The notes under the pieces are model-generated. The model had not been told where the DNA came from and made no database searches. It saw only the letters and a list, made by a program, of their open reading frames with translations. Below, piece by piece: positions 10,907-22,392 of a stretch of 64,000 nucleotides of DNA. The first letter of the stretch is position 1. The number at the start of each line of letters is the position of its first letter. Origin of the DNA: Hydrolagus colliei (lineage: Eukaryota); assembly GCA_035084275.1 (NCBI GenBank), contig CM068778.1, forward strand, positions 992,001 through 1,056,000, read 5' to 3'. The position numbers and the translations under genes are program-made.

Positions 10907-13404
10907 ATGCTGAGTAAAGATTTATTTGGTGAGTTTGGAAAATGGCGCTGGAAAGAGAGCATCGCACAGTGGATTTTGACCATTGGTTAGTTCAGGTGAG
11001 AAGTTTCAAAATGGCCACCGCTGTAGGGAGCTCCTCCCCTGTCCCACCCACTCCCAGCCATGACTCGGCACTTGGCTGGCGCTGACCGTCTGCTCTGGTC
11101 TGACCGATGTCCAGCACGGTTCTGAGACACGGGTTTCTGTGGATCAAACGCAAACAATAGTTATAGGAGTTTGAGAATTGACCAGATTAGCTTTATATTA
11201 AACACAAGTGTTTATTATTGTTCTTGATAAGGTTGCAGTTTCACAAGTTGAGGTTCACCCCATCCAGGGAGGTTACTTTGCTTTTAAATGTTTGTCACTT
11301 TTATTAGATGTGGATTTGATTCCTCAAAATGGACATTATAAATGTTCAGAGTAATAGCCTGGATCAGTTCAGCTGTATCACCGCCTTCAGGATATAGATT
11401 GTATTATAAGGCAGATGCCGCAGTCCAGCTACTGTGCTGGGGGGTGTGGTGGGGGGGGATCTTTAATGTCCACCTGAACAGACATGGCTGGGGAACTTGG
11501 CTGAACATTTCGTCAGAAGTGCGGCAACTCAGACAATGGAAAGCATTCCCCACGTGAATATAAATTTCTACAGTTTCCTGGCCAGGCATCCACTTCACTA
11601 AATATTCAGGCACCTGGTGGCTGTTTGTGAGAAGCTTCTTCCAAAAACTGACACAGTCATATACTGACCTGTATGAAATGTGCTATATAAATGCAATCTA
11701 CAGTAGAGGCCCGTTTATCCGTGACCTGATCTACCACATTGCTCGGCCCCGTCCCGGGGCAATTCCCTATTCCAGCAATCGCGAGTATGTTCACAGTGCG
11801 CATGCGCGCTTATTAAACTTATAAACTTAGAGGTTTTTACCAATTGGTTAAAAAATGCTTTTTACAGAGTGTGCTGGAATCTTTATTGATATGTAGCCAC
11901 ACAATATCCTGTTACTATTTAGTATATTATTAACATAGTATGTTTTAATATAAATATTTTTTTTGTGCTGGGTTTTCGGCAACTTGCCGCCTGTTTATCC
12001 GGCACAGTCAATTAGTCAACACCCCCACCCCCCCAAGCGTGCCGGATAAACAGGCTGTTACTATATTATTGACCCACATTTGACAGTAATTACAGTAAAG
12101 CATTGTTTTTGTCAGGTATTCGACAAATGCAAGGAATTATTGATTAAACAGCGATTGCTAAAGAATACACTCACATGTCTGTCTTTTATACAGATCTTTC
12201 TTGTTTCCCATTAGCAGCCAAACTAGATGATTCTGAGGCTATCCCTTGGCCTCAGTATAACACTGCGTTTACTCGAGCTGAGTTTCATCAGAAACACAGC
12301 AGAAGACATCCCGAGCCCCGAAGAGGCACATCGGCCACACAACCAGATTGTACGGTAAATCTTTTTTCACAGCCAGACACAGGTCATGGATCCATCAGAT
12401 GTATTGTTGAAGAAAAGGGGGTCTCGCAAACAAGATCTTCGCGGGATCATCTGCCATCGATCTCAAAAGAGAGACTGTATGACTGTTCCCAATGTGGGAA
12501 GAGCTTCACACATTCAGGATCCCTCCACAGACACCAGCGATCACACACAGGAGAGAGACCATATAAATCTGTTGAATGTGGAGAGACATTCACAATACCA
12601 GGAAGCCTCCACATCCACCGTCGATCACACACAGGAGAGAGACCATATAAATGTGCTGAATGTGGAAAGAGTTTCACAAGGTCATACACTCTCAATGTAC
12701 ACTATCGATCACACACAGGAGAGACACCATATAAATGTGCTGAATGTGGAAAGAGTTTTACAGGGTCGGGATATCTCCGGGTACACTATCGATCACACAC
12801 AGGAGAGAGACCGTATAAATGTTCTGAATGTGGAAAGAGTTACTCAACATTGGGGAGTCTCCAGGTACACTATCGATCACACACGGGAGAGAGACCATAT
12901 CCATGTGCTGAGTGTGGAAAGAGTTTCAAAACATCAAACGATATGAACGTACACCATCGATCACATACGGGAGAGAAACCGTATAAATGTGCTGAATGTG
13001 GAAAGAGTTTCACATCGTCGGGGTATCTCCGGGTACACTATCGATCACACACAGGAGAGAGACCATATAAATGTTCTGAATGTGGACTGAGTTTCTCAAC
13101 TTTGGGGCATCTTCAGGTACACTATCTATTACACACAGGAGAGAGACCATATACATGTGCTGAGTGTGGAAAGAGTTTCAAAACAGCAGGGGAAATGAAA
13201 ATACACCATCGATTACATTCAGGAGAGAGACCATACACATGTGCTGAATGTGGAAAGAGTTTCAAAACATCAGGGGATATGAAATCACACCATCGATCAC
13301 ACACGGGAGAGAAACCATATAAATGTGTTGAATGTGGAGTTAGATTCACAAGGAAACAGCACCTCCAGAGTCACCAGGGAATACACACACGAGAGACTGT
13401 ATAA
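10907..13404 (+). CDS. C2H2 zinc-finger protein, 11 fingers (finger 2 has C>S); model: exon 10907-10928 (MLSKDLF) spliced to 12215/12218-13404
   Basis: Tandem CxxC-12-HxxxH repeats with TGE(R/K)PY linkers in ORF 12175..13404; phase-1 donor TTTG|GTGAGT and phase-1 acceptor TTTCCCATTAG|CAG are conserved in both paralogs. An unspliced start at ATG 12175 remains possible. No KRAB domain seen. Confidence 0.9.
11701..12063. mobile_element. Tc1/mariner (pogo/Tigger-like) MITE
   Basis: TIRs CAGTAGAGGCCCGTTTATCCG / CGGATAAACAGGCTGTTACTA, TA duplication on both sides, empty site (AATCTA^TTATTGAC) in the right arm near 42640. Confidence 0.85.
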
Positions 13405-14249
13405 CTGGGCAGATTGATCCAACACCATTGACTCACAGTTACGTCACCGATACGACAGTTTCTCCTCTTCTATCCTGAACTTGGGTTGTCCACAGATCCT
13501 TGCACACAACTGGCTGTTGTGCATCTGTCAGGTTAGCACCTGCTGGAGAGATTAACAGAATGGTTCAGTGAGATGTGAGAGCCAGTGTGTCCCACTGACA
13601 CTGGGTGTGATTCCATTACCATAGCTCATATCACTTCATTATCAATAGTAGGTCAAAAGGCACCTCTCCCAGTTGATTGCCAGCAGAATGGGGTGTTTGT
13701 GCTGGCTTCTTACCAACCAGTTTACCAGCTTAATATCAATCAGCATTTTTTGTTTTTAACGGTAAAGTTGGATGGTGGATGGGGTGTGATTGTTGCGGGA
13801 GGGGAATGTATGTGCTTGTGGGAAGAGGTGGGGGTGTTGGTGAGGGATGTTCATGTGTATTTCAGGGGAAAGGGGGTTTGTCGTGTGTGGCGGAGGGATA
13901 TTAAAATGTGGGAAGGGATAATAATTTGTGTGTTGGTGGTAAGAGCTGAAGTGAGTAGTTAAATGGTGGGAGGGTATATTAATCTGTATGATGCTTTTAA
14001 CCATATTGATAAGGCACTGTCAATGCTTACTGTATGGGACATCCTCCCGACGTGAAATCCGCTAAACAAATGTAATTTTTTTGTTGTTGTAATGTTTCCA
14101 TGACTAATATTAAAGCCATCGACATGGAATACCGAGGGCTGGATTCCCTATTTAGAAGATGTCCACAGGCCGCATAAGGAATGTGTTTTGCTTCCAAAAC
14201 CATGACAACATTGACACAACACCGTTTTTACGTCAGTTCTCAAACTGCT

Positions 14250-14620
14250 CAACACTGCCAGCTGAACTCCCGAGCTGGGGAGGGAACAGCAGAAGGTGGG
14301 ATGGTTAAAGGGTTACCAGAAGCACAGACAAACAGTCGAAAGAGTTGATGTGCTTTAAATGAGGGTTGGGATGGAAATTGAGTGGAGCAAAATGCTCATG
14401 TTGTGGCAAATGGGGTTGGGGTACATGAAGAAAGCCAGTGTTTCCTCCTTCAAGTCCTGCCTCAAGACCCTCCTCTTCGATGACCCCATTGGCCACTCCA
14501 AATCCCTTTTGCTTCAACCTCCCTGTCCCCAGCTCACGTCTGAAATAATGACTCTCCAATGCCTTGTGACGTCCTCTGAGTGAAAGGCGCTATACAAGTG
14601 TAATTGTGTTGTTGTTTCCG
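14250..14620 (+). mobile_element. L2-related 3' fragment (paralog ~39460-39830)
   Basis: TCCTCCTTCAAGTCCTGCCTCAAGACCCTCCTCTTCGA...GAAAGGCGCTATACAAGTG(T)n-like tail. Confidence 0.65.
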
Positions 14621-14734
14621 GGTGAAGGGAGGGGCCAGGTAGGGAGCTCGCTGAGGTGCGGTGGGAATGGGCAAAATGATGATCTCACTCAAATAATTAC
14701 TTCAAATAATCACCAAAAAGTGATTATTTGAAGG

Positions 14735-16160
14735 TGGCAGGACAGGTAGACAAGGCTGTTTTTTTTTTTAAAAGCGTACGGGATACAAGGGATAAATAGG
14801 GGCATAGAGTACAAACGTCAAGAAGGTCTGACTAACCTCTATAATACTTTGGTTAAGCCTCAGCTAAAGTACTCTGTTCAATTCTGGTCACCACACTTTA
14901 GGAAGGATTGGAAAAGCATTGGAAAGGGTGCAGAGGAGATTTACCAGGATGGTACCAGGAATGAGGGATTTCAGTTATGAGGAAAGGCTAGCGAGGCCAG
15001 GTTTATTCTCGTTCGAGCAGGGAAGGTTATGAGGAGACCTAATAGAGGTTTTCAAGATCAAGATTGTTATTGCTTTTGTTGTTTCTTGTTGTTGTTTGAT
15101 TCCCCACACCCTTGCCCCCCCAGCCTCCCACCCCCCTCTTTTTCCCTCATTCCCTTTTCCCCCTTTCTTTTCCCCTTCCCTCCCTGTTCCCCCTTATCCC
15201 CTTTCTCCCTGATTTTAACCCCCAACCACCTTTCCCTCCCTCTCTCCCCTTAGCCCCCCTTCCCCTTCCTGATTTTACCCCACCTTTGCCTCCCTCTCCC
15301 CTCTTTTCCCCCTTTCTCCCCTGGCCCCACTTCCGTGACTGTTTGTAGGACACTGCTGCTGCATTTCAGCCACAAATATAGCGTCAGCTTTTCTGCTCTC
15401 CTTCCCCTTACCCCAGCCCCTCCCATTATCCTCTTTTCCCCAAACCCCACTTCCACGACTGTTTGTGGAACACTGTTGGACGCAATTTGGCTGCCGCGTT
15501 TCTTCCACAAATATACAGTCAATTTCCCCCCCCCCCCGCTCCGGTCGCAACCTTGGGACGTTGTTGTATTCTGTGAAGCGCTTTGAGACGTTGATAAGAC
15601 GTGGAAAGTGTTATATCAATGTAAGGATTTTTTATTGTATTTATTATATTATTATGATGGTATTCTACAGAGTAAACAGGAAAAACAGGATCTCCCTGGT
15701 GGGTGTATCAGTGACTTGTGGCCACAGATTTCAAATACAGTAGTTTCAAAAAGAAGCAGAGGGGAGGTGAGCAGAAATTTTTTCAACCAGTGAGTTGTTC
15801 AATCAATTAATCAAGCAATCAATGAATGAATCAATGAATGAATCAGTCCAAACTTACATTTATATAACGCCTTTCACATCGAGAAGACGTCCCAAGGTGT
15901 TGTACAGTTAGGTTGGGACAAGAGCAGGGGTCGGGGCAGGACAAGGAAGAGTTGAAAAATTGACTATATTGTTCAAATCTGGAATGCATCTCCTGAAAAG
16001 GTTGTGGAGACTTTTAAAAGAGAGGTAGACATTTATTTGGGGTGGACCGGTTTGCAAGGTTATGGGAGAGATCTGGGGAGTGGGATTGAATGGCTCTTTT
16101 CAAAGAGACGGCACAGACACGATGGGTCTAATGGCTTCCTTTTGTGCCATAAGATTCTAT
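14735..16160 (+). mobile_element. Degraded CR1 family A 3' part, interrupted by C-rich/SINE insertions (paralog 38688-39360)
   Basis: GCAGGACAGGTAGACAAGGCTG...GGAGACCTAATAGAGG (14735-15058), AAAAACAGG...CCACAGATTT (15680-15795) and 3' UTR ...GCCATAAGATTCTATG (15965-16160). Confidence 0.7.
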
Positions 16161-16230
16161 GAAAACAGCACCATTTGCCTTTGCTCATCCGTGTCCTCGA
16201 AATCCTTTGCTTCACCATCAGTGTCCGTGC

Positions 16231-16681
16231 TAGGGTCCATCGATATGGAAATTTTCCGATTGAGATATATCGATGGGCTCACATCGAGATACACTGAAAT
16301 ATCGATATTTTCTGGGTTTTCGTACTGCACATGCACACGCGTCGCGAGGTGTGCGCGCATTCAGGGCTTATCTCCTCAGGAGGTAAATATCTCTCTCTCT
16401 CTGTGTCTCTCACATTCACTCTCTCCATCTCTGTGTTTTTCTGTCTGTGTCTCTGTGTCTCTCTCTCTCACATCCCCATCTCTATCTATCTATCTGTATA
16501 TTATCACATCCACCCCGTCTCCCCACCCACCCCCGTCTGTCCTCCCGCCGCCGTCCGTCTCCGATTTTTTTCGATATATCAACTTTTTGGATACATCGGC
16601 ATTTCGAAAATACTGTACCGACATATCGATATAAGAATTATATCGGATATAACCGATATATTGATATATCGCTGGACCCTA
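16231..16681. mobile_element. hAT-family MITE with perfect 8-bp target-site duplication
   Basis: TIRs TAGGGTCCATCGATAT / ATATATCGCTGGACCCTA; GTCCGTGC at 16223-16230 and 16682-16689; absent from the paralogous L2 in the right arm (~38585). Confidence 0.93.
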
Positions 16682-16689
16682 GTCCGTGC

Positions 16690-16905
16690 CTGCAGCCACT
16701 ACGCCCCGAAGTTCCGAACTCCCTGCCTCGCTCCCTTCACCGAGCCACTCTTTTCATAGTTTCAGGTCTCGGCTGAAGAACTTTCTTTTTGACCGCGCCT
16801 TCAGTCACCTTTTCCCCCCCTGCCCGTGGCTCGGTCCCTTGATCCGTTATTTGAAGAGTTCTGAGATGCTGTCCAGCGTGGAGGGCGCTATATAAATTTA
16901 ACTTG
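16690..16905 (+). mobile_element. L2-like 3' fragment (host of the hAT MITE; begins ~16165; paralog 38340-38680)
   Basis: CAGCCACTACGCCCCGAAG...GAGGGCGCTATATAAATTTAACTTGTTG. Confidence 0.7.
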
Positions 16906-18524
16906 TTGTTGTTTACCCCCTCTCTTGCCTTCTTCAAGTCTCTTCTAAAGACTGTCCATTTCAACCTTGTGTGAGCTGGGGGCATCGAATCAATAAAGAT
17001 CAGGGCGCGGGGCGCAAAATAGGCCAGTGCCCGCCATGTGGAGGAACAGCTTTGAGTTAAGACATGAAGTCCGCACACACTAACAGCAGCTTTGTATTTC
17101 AGGATGGCCGTGTGGCCTTCCTTGACCTGGTGCTTGTGTGGGCTGAACAGGAAGAGGAGAGTCAAGCCAACCTGGTGAGTTTCAGACCCAGAGACTCAGT
17201 GAGCTACTGCACAGCCGGGTGTGGAGACTTGACATTCTCCAGCCCAATCCTATCATGTCTTCAGACAGAAGTGGTCGCCAGGGCCATGCCAGCGGCTATC
17301 ACACCTTCGAGATGACTCAAAGCTCTTCACAGACTATACAGTATAATGTAAATTTAATTGCCTGTAGATTTTGTGGGCGAAATTGAGAGCACTGAGCAGA
17401 ACTCACAAGGCCCAGGACATCTGCCGATCCATTAAATGCAACAACCCAAATAGTTTGCTTCACAAGCACAGCATTGGGAAGATTGACAAGCGTCTGTTGG
17501 TTTACACACAGCAAAATCCCCTTTTCAAAGGTATTTTTAAAATTAAAATAACTTTATATCAGCCTTGATTTTTATTTTATTTATAGTAGGATATGAGGCC
17601 CGACAGCTTTTGAACTTTTTATGGCTAATCCTCGACTTTGTGTCTGCTGCAGGTCAAGCGTATCTCAGCTAAGAGGGAGGAGGAGAAAAGCAGGTAAAGG
17701 TTTTAAAATGCCCCGATCTCCGCAAACCCAAATCCTTGTGTCTCCAATTGTATGTTTCTACTCTCAGCTTTCAAACACTGCTCAGAAACACTTTGTCCTC
17801 ATACCATGGCTGTCCCATGCTCAGTGCTCCCAGTATCTGTGTAAAACTTTTTGTGTCTAATATTGACATCTAATATTAACAAAATAATCCTTGCATTTGA
17901 TATAGCACTTTTCACATCTTATCGACATCTTAAAGCGCTTCACAGACTATACTGTAAAGTGAATTGACTGTATATTTGTGGGCGAAATGCCACAGTCAAT
18001 TGCGCACAGCAATATGTTGATAACGGAACAGAATTCCCCCCCTAAAAAGCAGGGCCAGTCACTGTGTTACTGACGGTCGGAGGGAGCCGGCAATGTACAG
18101 AGCAGTGTAGGCAGTGGTGGCCGGTAACATCTCAGCCACGTCCAACACAAAACCATGTCTCACTCATACACTCCCTGTCATCTGTCATCTCGCTGCTGGG
18201 AGTCTGGATTATAATACTTATGATATTAATCCTTCCATATGATGCAGCGCCTTATCATGTCATTTCAGACTTCTCAAAGCGCCATTAACCCAAATTATTC
18301 TCACTCACCTTCTGTGCGTTTGGAATTCCTCCCGACGTGAAAGGCGATACACAAATGTCATTTGTTGTTATTGTTGTCTGCTGGGTGTTGGAGGGCCGTG
18401 TGTCTGACCCCCTGACTGGGAGCCAGGCTGAATGACAATCCATTCCTCTCTCAGGAAGAAGAAACAATAATAATTATAATAATAATCCTTGCATTTGGTA
18501 TAACGCTTTTCACATCTTCTAATC

Positions 18525-18848
18525 CTGTCATTCACAACCTTGGGTCCCAACCCAAATCAGGGTCACAAGGATCCTCAGTAGGTTCGCGAAGGGTCATCAG
18601 AAATGTTGTCCTTTTTTTCCTTTTTTTTATGTTGAAAATGCTGTTTAATGCTGAGCAGTGGCCCAGGCGTCACCGCCCACCAATTTGAATGAAAGATCGT
18701 ACCAGCGAGTTGCGCTGAGGCCACAAAAGAGAAGGAGATATCATCTTGGCTGAACTTCGCTTGAGTCACGTCCTCGCCCCCTAAGGGTTGGGGGGACTTG
18801 TCGGTGGCCAATCTAGGGTCGCAGCAAAAAAAAGTTTTGGAACCACTG
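18525..18848. mobile_element. hAT/Charlie-like MITE
   Basis: Right end ...AAGTTTTGGAACCACTG (CAGTGGTTCC TIR), degenerate left end, flanks TTCTAATC/TTCTAGGG resembling the NTCTAGAN target; partial copy at ~36550-36735. Confidence 0.55.
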
Positions 18849-19081
18849 TTCTAGGGTCTCAAAGCGCTTCACAGAATGTACTGTAAAGTGAGTAGATTGT
18901 ATAGTTGTGTTGCGAAAGGCTGTGTCGCCACATTGTTAAAAACAACTTATTGCCGCCAAGCCGTAGTTTATAGATAAGACACTAACTTACTTCAAAATGT
19001 TAATTACTGTAACAATGTTAAACGGGTGCAAATAAAGGAATGTGCAACATAGTATCAGGTGAACCGCTGTTCTACACTACT

Positions 19082-19369
19082 GTGTCTCAAAGCGCTTCAC
19101 AGAATATAGTGTAAAATTAATTGACAGTATATTTGTGGGCAAAACGCGGCAGCCAATTGCACACAGCAGTGTCCCACAAACAGATATGGATTAAAATGAC
19201 CAATTTTATTATTGTGTGTTTTCAGGACAGATTTTTATTAGGCATATCTGTGTCTGTGTGCGCATGGAGTAAGGAAACTTACCCAATGTTTCACCCTGAC
19301 CTGCCTGAATTCGAAACACGGGTCTCACACTTACAAGCCGAGTGCTCTAACTACTGAGCTACAGGACTC
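19082..19369 (-). mobile_element. tRNA-derived SINE with L2-like tail
   Basis: Minus strand GAGTCCTGTAGCTCAGTAGTTAGAGCAC (A box)...GTTTCGAATTC (B box)...TGTGAAGCGCTTTGAG. Confidence 0.85.
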
Positions 19370-20109
19370 AGCTACATGTGAAAATTGCTATATGTAATGA
19401 AATGATGATTGTTATTATTATTATAATCTTCTGAAGAACATTGAAACTTCCCAAACAGTTTATAAGGCAATATACCAAACAAGAGAATAGTACTATTTTT
19501 ATTACGAATATTATGCTGATAAGTTTTAAGCGATCGCACTAATGGCAGAAAAAGAATGGCCACAACAAAATACTTATTTAATATCAACGATAGCATTTAA
19601 TATCATCTATCCTTATCAGATCACTAAAGTGTCACAAAGTGCCTTACAGTTATTACTGTAGACTGTGTGAATCGGTACAGAATCAAACATAAACACAGGG
19701 AGAATGCGAGTCCCTTTGGAATATATTAGGTGGTTGATGAACCATAAATTATCTTTGCTTAGTAGATCAGCAATTCTAAAAATATGCTTGGATTTGATAA
19801 AGTGACCTATCACATTGTACTGGTGTCTCTAAGCGCTTCACGGAATATATTGTAAATCCCGTGACTGTGTGTTTTTGTGGGGGGAAAAGCTGGCAGCCCA
19901 TTCGCACATCACTGTTCCACATACAATTTGTGGATTGAGAGACTGTTATTATTACTATTTTTTGAATATTTGGACAGATATTTTACCCCAGCAAAACTGA
20001 TCTGCCAATTGACTAATAAGCGGACTGTAAGGCGAGTGCTCTAATCACTGCACTATCAAACTCCACAGCCTCTTTTCACCACCCTCCGTGTTATAATTGT
20101 ATAATCAGT

Positions 20110-20490
20110 GAGAGCTCAGGGTATGTGGATGTGTGAACTGTGTGTAAACTGTGTGTGTGTGTATGGCAGAGTGTGAGCTGAGGGTATGTGTGGGTGTGAG
20201 TATGAGCTGGGGGTGTGTATGTGGGTGAGTGTGAGCTGACTGGGTATGGTTGAGTGTGAGCTCAGGGTGTGTGGATGTGTGAACTGTGTGTAAACTGTGT
20301 GAGCTGAGGGTATGTGTGGGGGTGAGCATGTGCTGGGGGTGTGTATGTGGGTGAGTGTGAGCTGTGTGTGTTTGCATGGGTGAGTGTGAGCTAAAGGTGT
20401 GGGTGGGTGAGTGTGTATGCGTGGGAGAGTGTGAGCTAGGTGTGAGTGTGTGCATGTGTATGAGCGTGGGTGAGTGTGAGGCCAGCCTGA
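20110..20490 (+). repeat. GT-rich compound repeat with recurring GTGAGTGTGAGCTG (paralog 35720-36010)
   Basis: Direct inspection; produces low-complexity His/Thr ORFs. Confidence 0.85.
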
Positions 20491-20835
20491 GAGCTAGGAC
20501 AGGACTCTCTGCGATTTTGGATTCCAAAACATGTTCAGCTCTGGTGGGAGGGTAAAGGGCAGTGACTGTGTGTTTGGAGTAAAGTGTAGTGACTGTGTGG
20601 TTGGGGGAGGATAATATGTAGTGACTTTGTGCTGGGGGGGATGGGTAAAATGCACTGAGTGTGTTTGCGTGGAGGATAAAGTGTAGTGACTGTGTGTTTG
20701 GTGTCTCTCTCTCACACGTACACACAGTGGGACAGACTGATGGGAGAGGAATCAAGAATGACATATTTAATAACCAGTCACTACAGTGTACAGAATGTAT
20801 TACATTACACACTGTGTGGACAGTCACGGCCTTGG

Positions 20836-21256
20836 TCACGATCTCACAAACACTCTCAGCCCAGCTCTGAACACCTGCAGTGATTCCAGCTGATTCTTTC
20901 CATCTGAACTGAACTTATTCCCCTCCAGCCTGAAAAAGCAAATAAAGACCTGATCACCATATAAACTGGAAACTGTTCATGGCATTGTTTATTCAATCAA
21001 TCAATAAATAAATGGCCTCAAACTGGTTCCATTCTGACATCCAGCCCTGTTCTCTCGGTGTGTTTATCACATTAAACAATGACACAAACACTCACCAGAT
21101 CCTCTCCAGGTTGGTGTAGGTCAGTATGAGGTGGCGCAGAGTGGGGACACAGGTGTCTGTGAAGGAGCTAGACCCCAGTCCCAGCCTCCTCAGTGAGCGA
21201 CTTGTACTGAGAGCGGAGACCAGATCATCAGTGCAGCCATTGGTCAGCCAGCCAGC
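20836..21256 (-). pseudogene. NLR (NACHT-LRR) gene 3' remnant: last LRR exon (21096-21256, 161 nt, frameshifted) and terminal exon (20836-20929)
   Basis: LTNGCTDDLVSALSTSRSLRRLGLGSSSFTDTCVPTLRHLILTYTNLERIW|GTGAGT and TTTTTCAG|G LEGNKFSSDGKNQLESLQVFRAGLRVFVRS*; no NACHT exon found in the window. Confidence 0.8.
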
Positions 21257-22392
21257 CTGGAGATCAGAGACACAGAGAATGACAGGGATCAGAGTAAACA
21301 CTGTGTTTGTTACTGTTTATTATGCACATCAGAGACACGGAGAAATCAGGGACACAGAGTGTGTGTTGGGGGGAGGGGGTGGGGCAGTGATTGCTGGGGT
21401 ATACCCATCGGGGAATGTGGCGGAGGAAAGATAGTTGAGGGTCGAACAAGACAGTTAGGATCCTGAATGACTTGGTGAGGTCGAGTGAACAACTATGGAG
21501 GTAGTATTTCAACGTACAATATATTCTGAAAGCAAACCGAACCTGGTGATGTGAGTATTGCTATATCAACTGAATATGTTTCTTTTTCAATGATTCACAT
21601 TGATCTGTTTCAAACTAATGTTATATAACTATTATTTATAATGTTATTAGTGAGAGTAGTATTATAACAGTATTATTCACTACCTTTAGAACTTGGAAGA
21701 GCTCAGGTGGATTCAAGTTGACTCTTTCTAGGAATATAGAAACAAGTATCAGAACCTTTCTTCATGAACGTACCTATGTCTGGGGTCATCCATGATAACT
21801 CTGGCCTGATGAGTTCTGTAGAAATGTTACCACTTAATCTTGAATTGTTGCCTCGGCAAATAAAATCTTACAGGCCTTGTTATGGACTGGTAATCGAGAT
21901 TGAAACATTTACACTGTTTGTTCTTTGTTTCACAAAGAGAAGCCGAGTTGAACTTTTACAAAATGAACCCCCCCCCCCCCATTACCCTCTTTTCTCCCTT
22001 TCTCCCACTTCCGCGAATGTTTGTGGGACACTGTTGTGCACAATTTGGCTGCCACGTTATGCCCACAAAAATACAGTCGGTTTTCCTGCTCTCCTTCCCC
22101 CGACCTCAACACCTCCCCACTGCTCTGGTCCATACCTGACTGTTCAGTGCCTTGGGACGTCCTCCCGACATGAAAGGCACAATATAAATGTAATGATTGA
22201 TTTATAACCACACACAGTATCATAGTTTTGCATCATAATTACGAATTCCATAAAGCTATATTTATCTTGTTTTTCAATGTAATGTATCAATCAGTAATTG
22301 TAAACAGAAAAACAAAAATCCTAATTTGCAAGAGAAGTAGATTGGAAATGAAATTTATACTGAATAGGAAAGTTTTCACATAATATTTATAA

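Larger units (their letters stand above)
7195..21130 (+). repeat. Left arm of large inverted segmental duplication (partner 35136-54230)
   Basis: Collinear reverse-complement matches: 8030-8230/53545-53800, 9070-9410/48780-49140, 10130-11350/43320-44950, ZNF/ZNF, 16910-18750/36550-38340, 19600-21130/35136-36530. Confidence 0.95.

Noticed and set aside
12116-12214. Extra ZNF exon 12116-12176 followed by a 38-nt intron
   Set aside because: The phases fit, but 38 nt is below the usual vertebrate intron minimum and the segment resembles a SINE tail remnant (AAATGCAAGGA).
12386-13349. Alternative-frame and antisense ORFs in both ZNF arrays
   Set aside because: By-products of the 84-nt finger periodicity.
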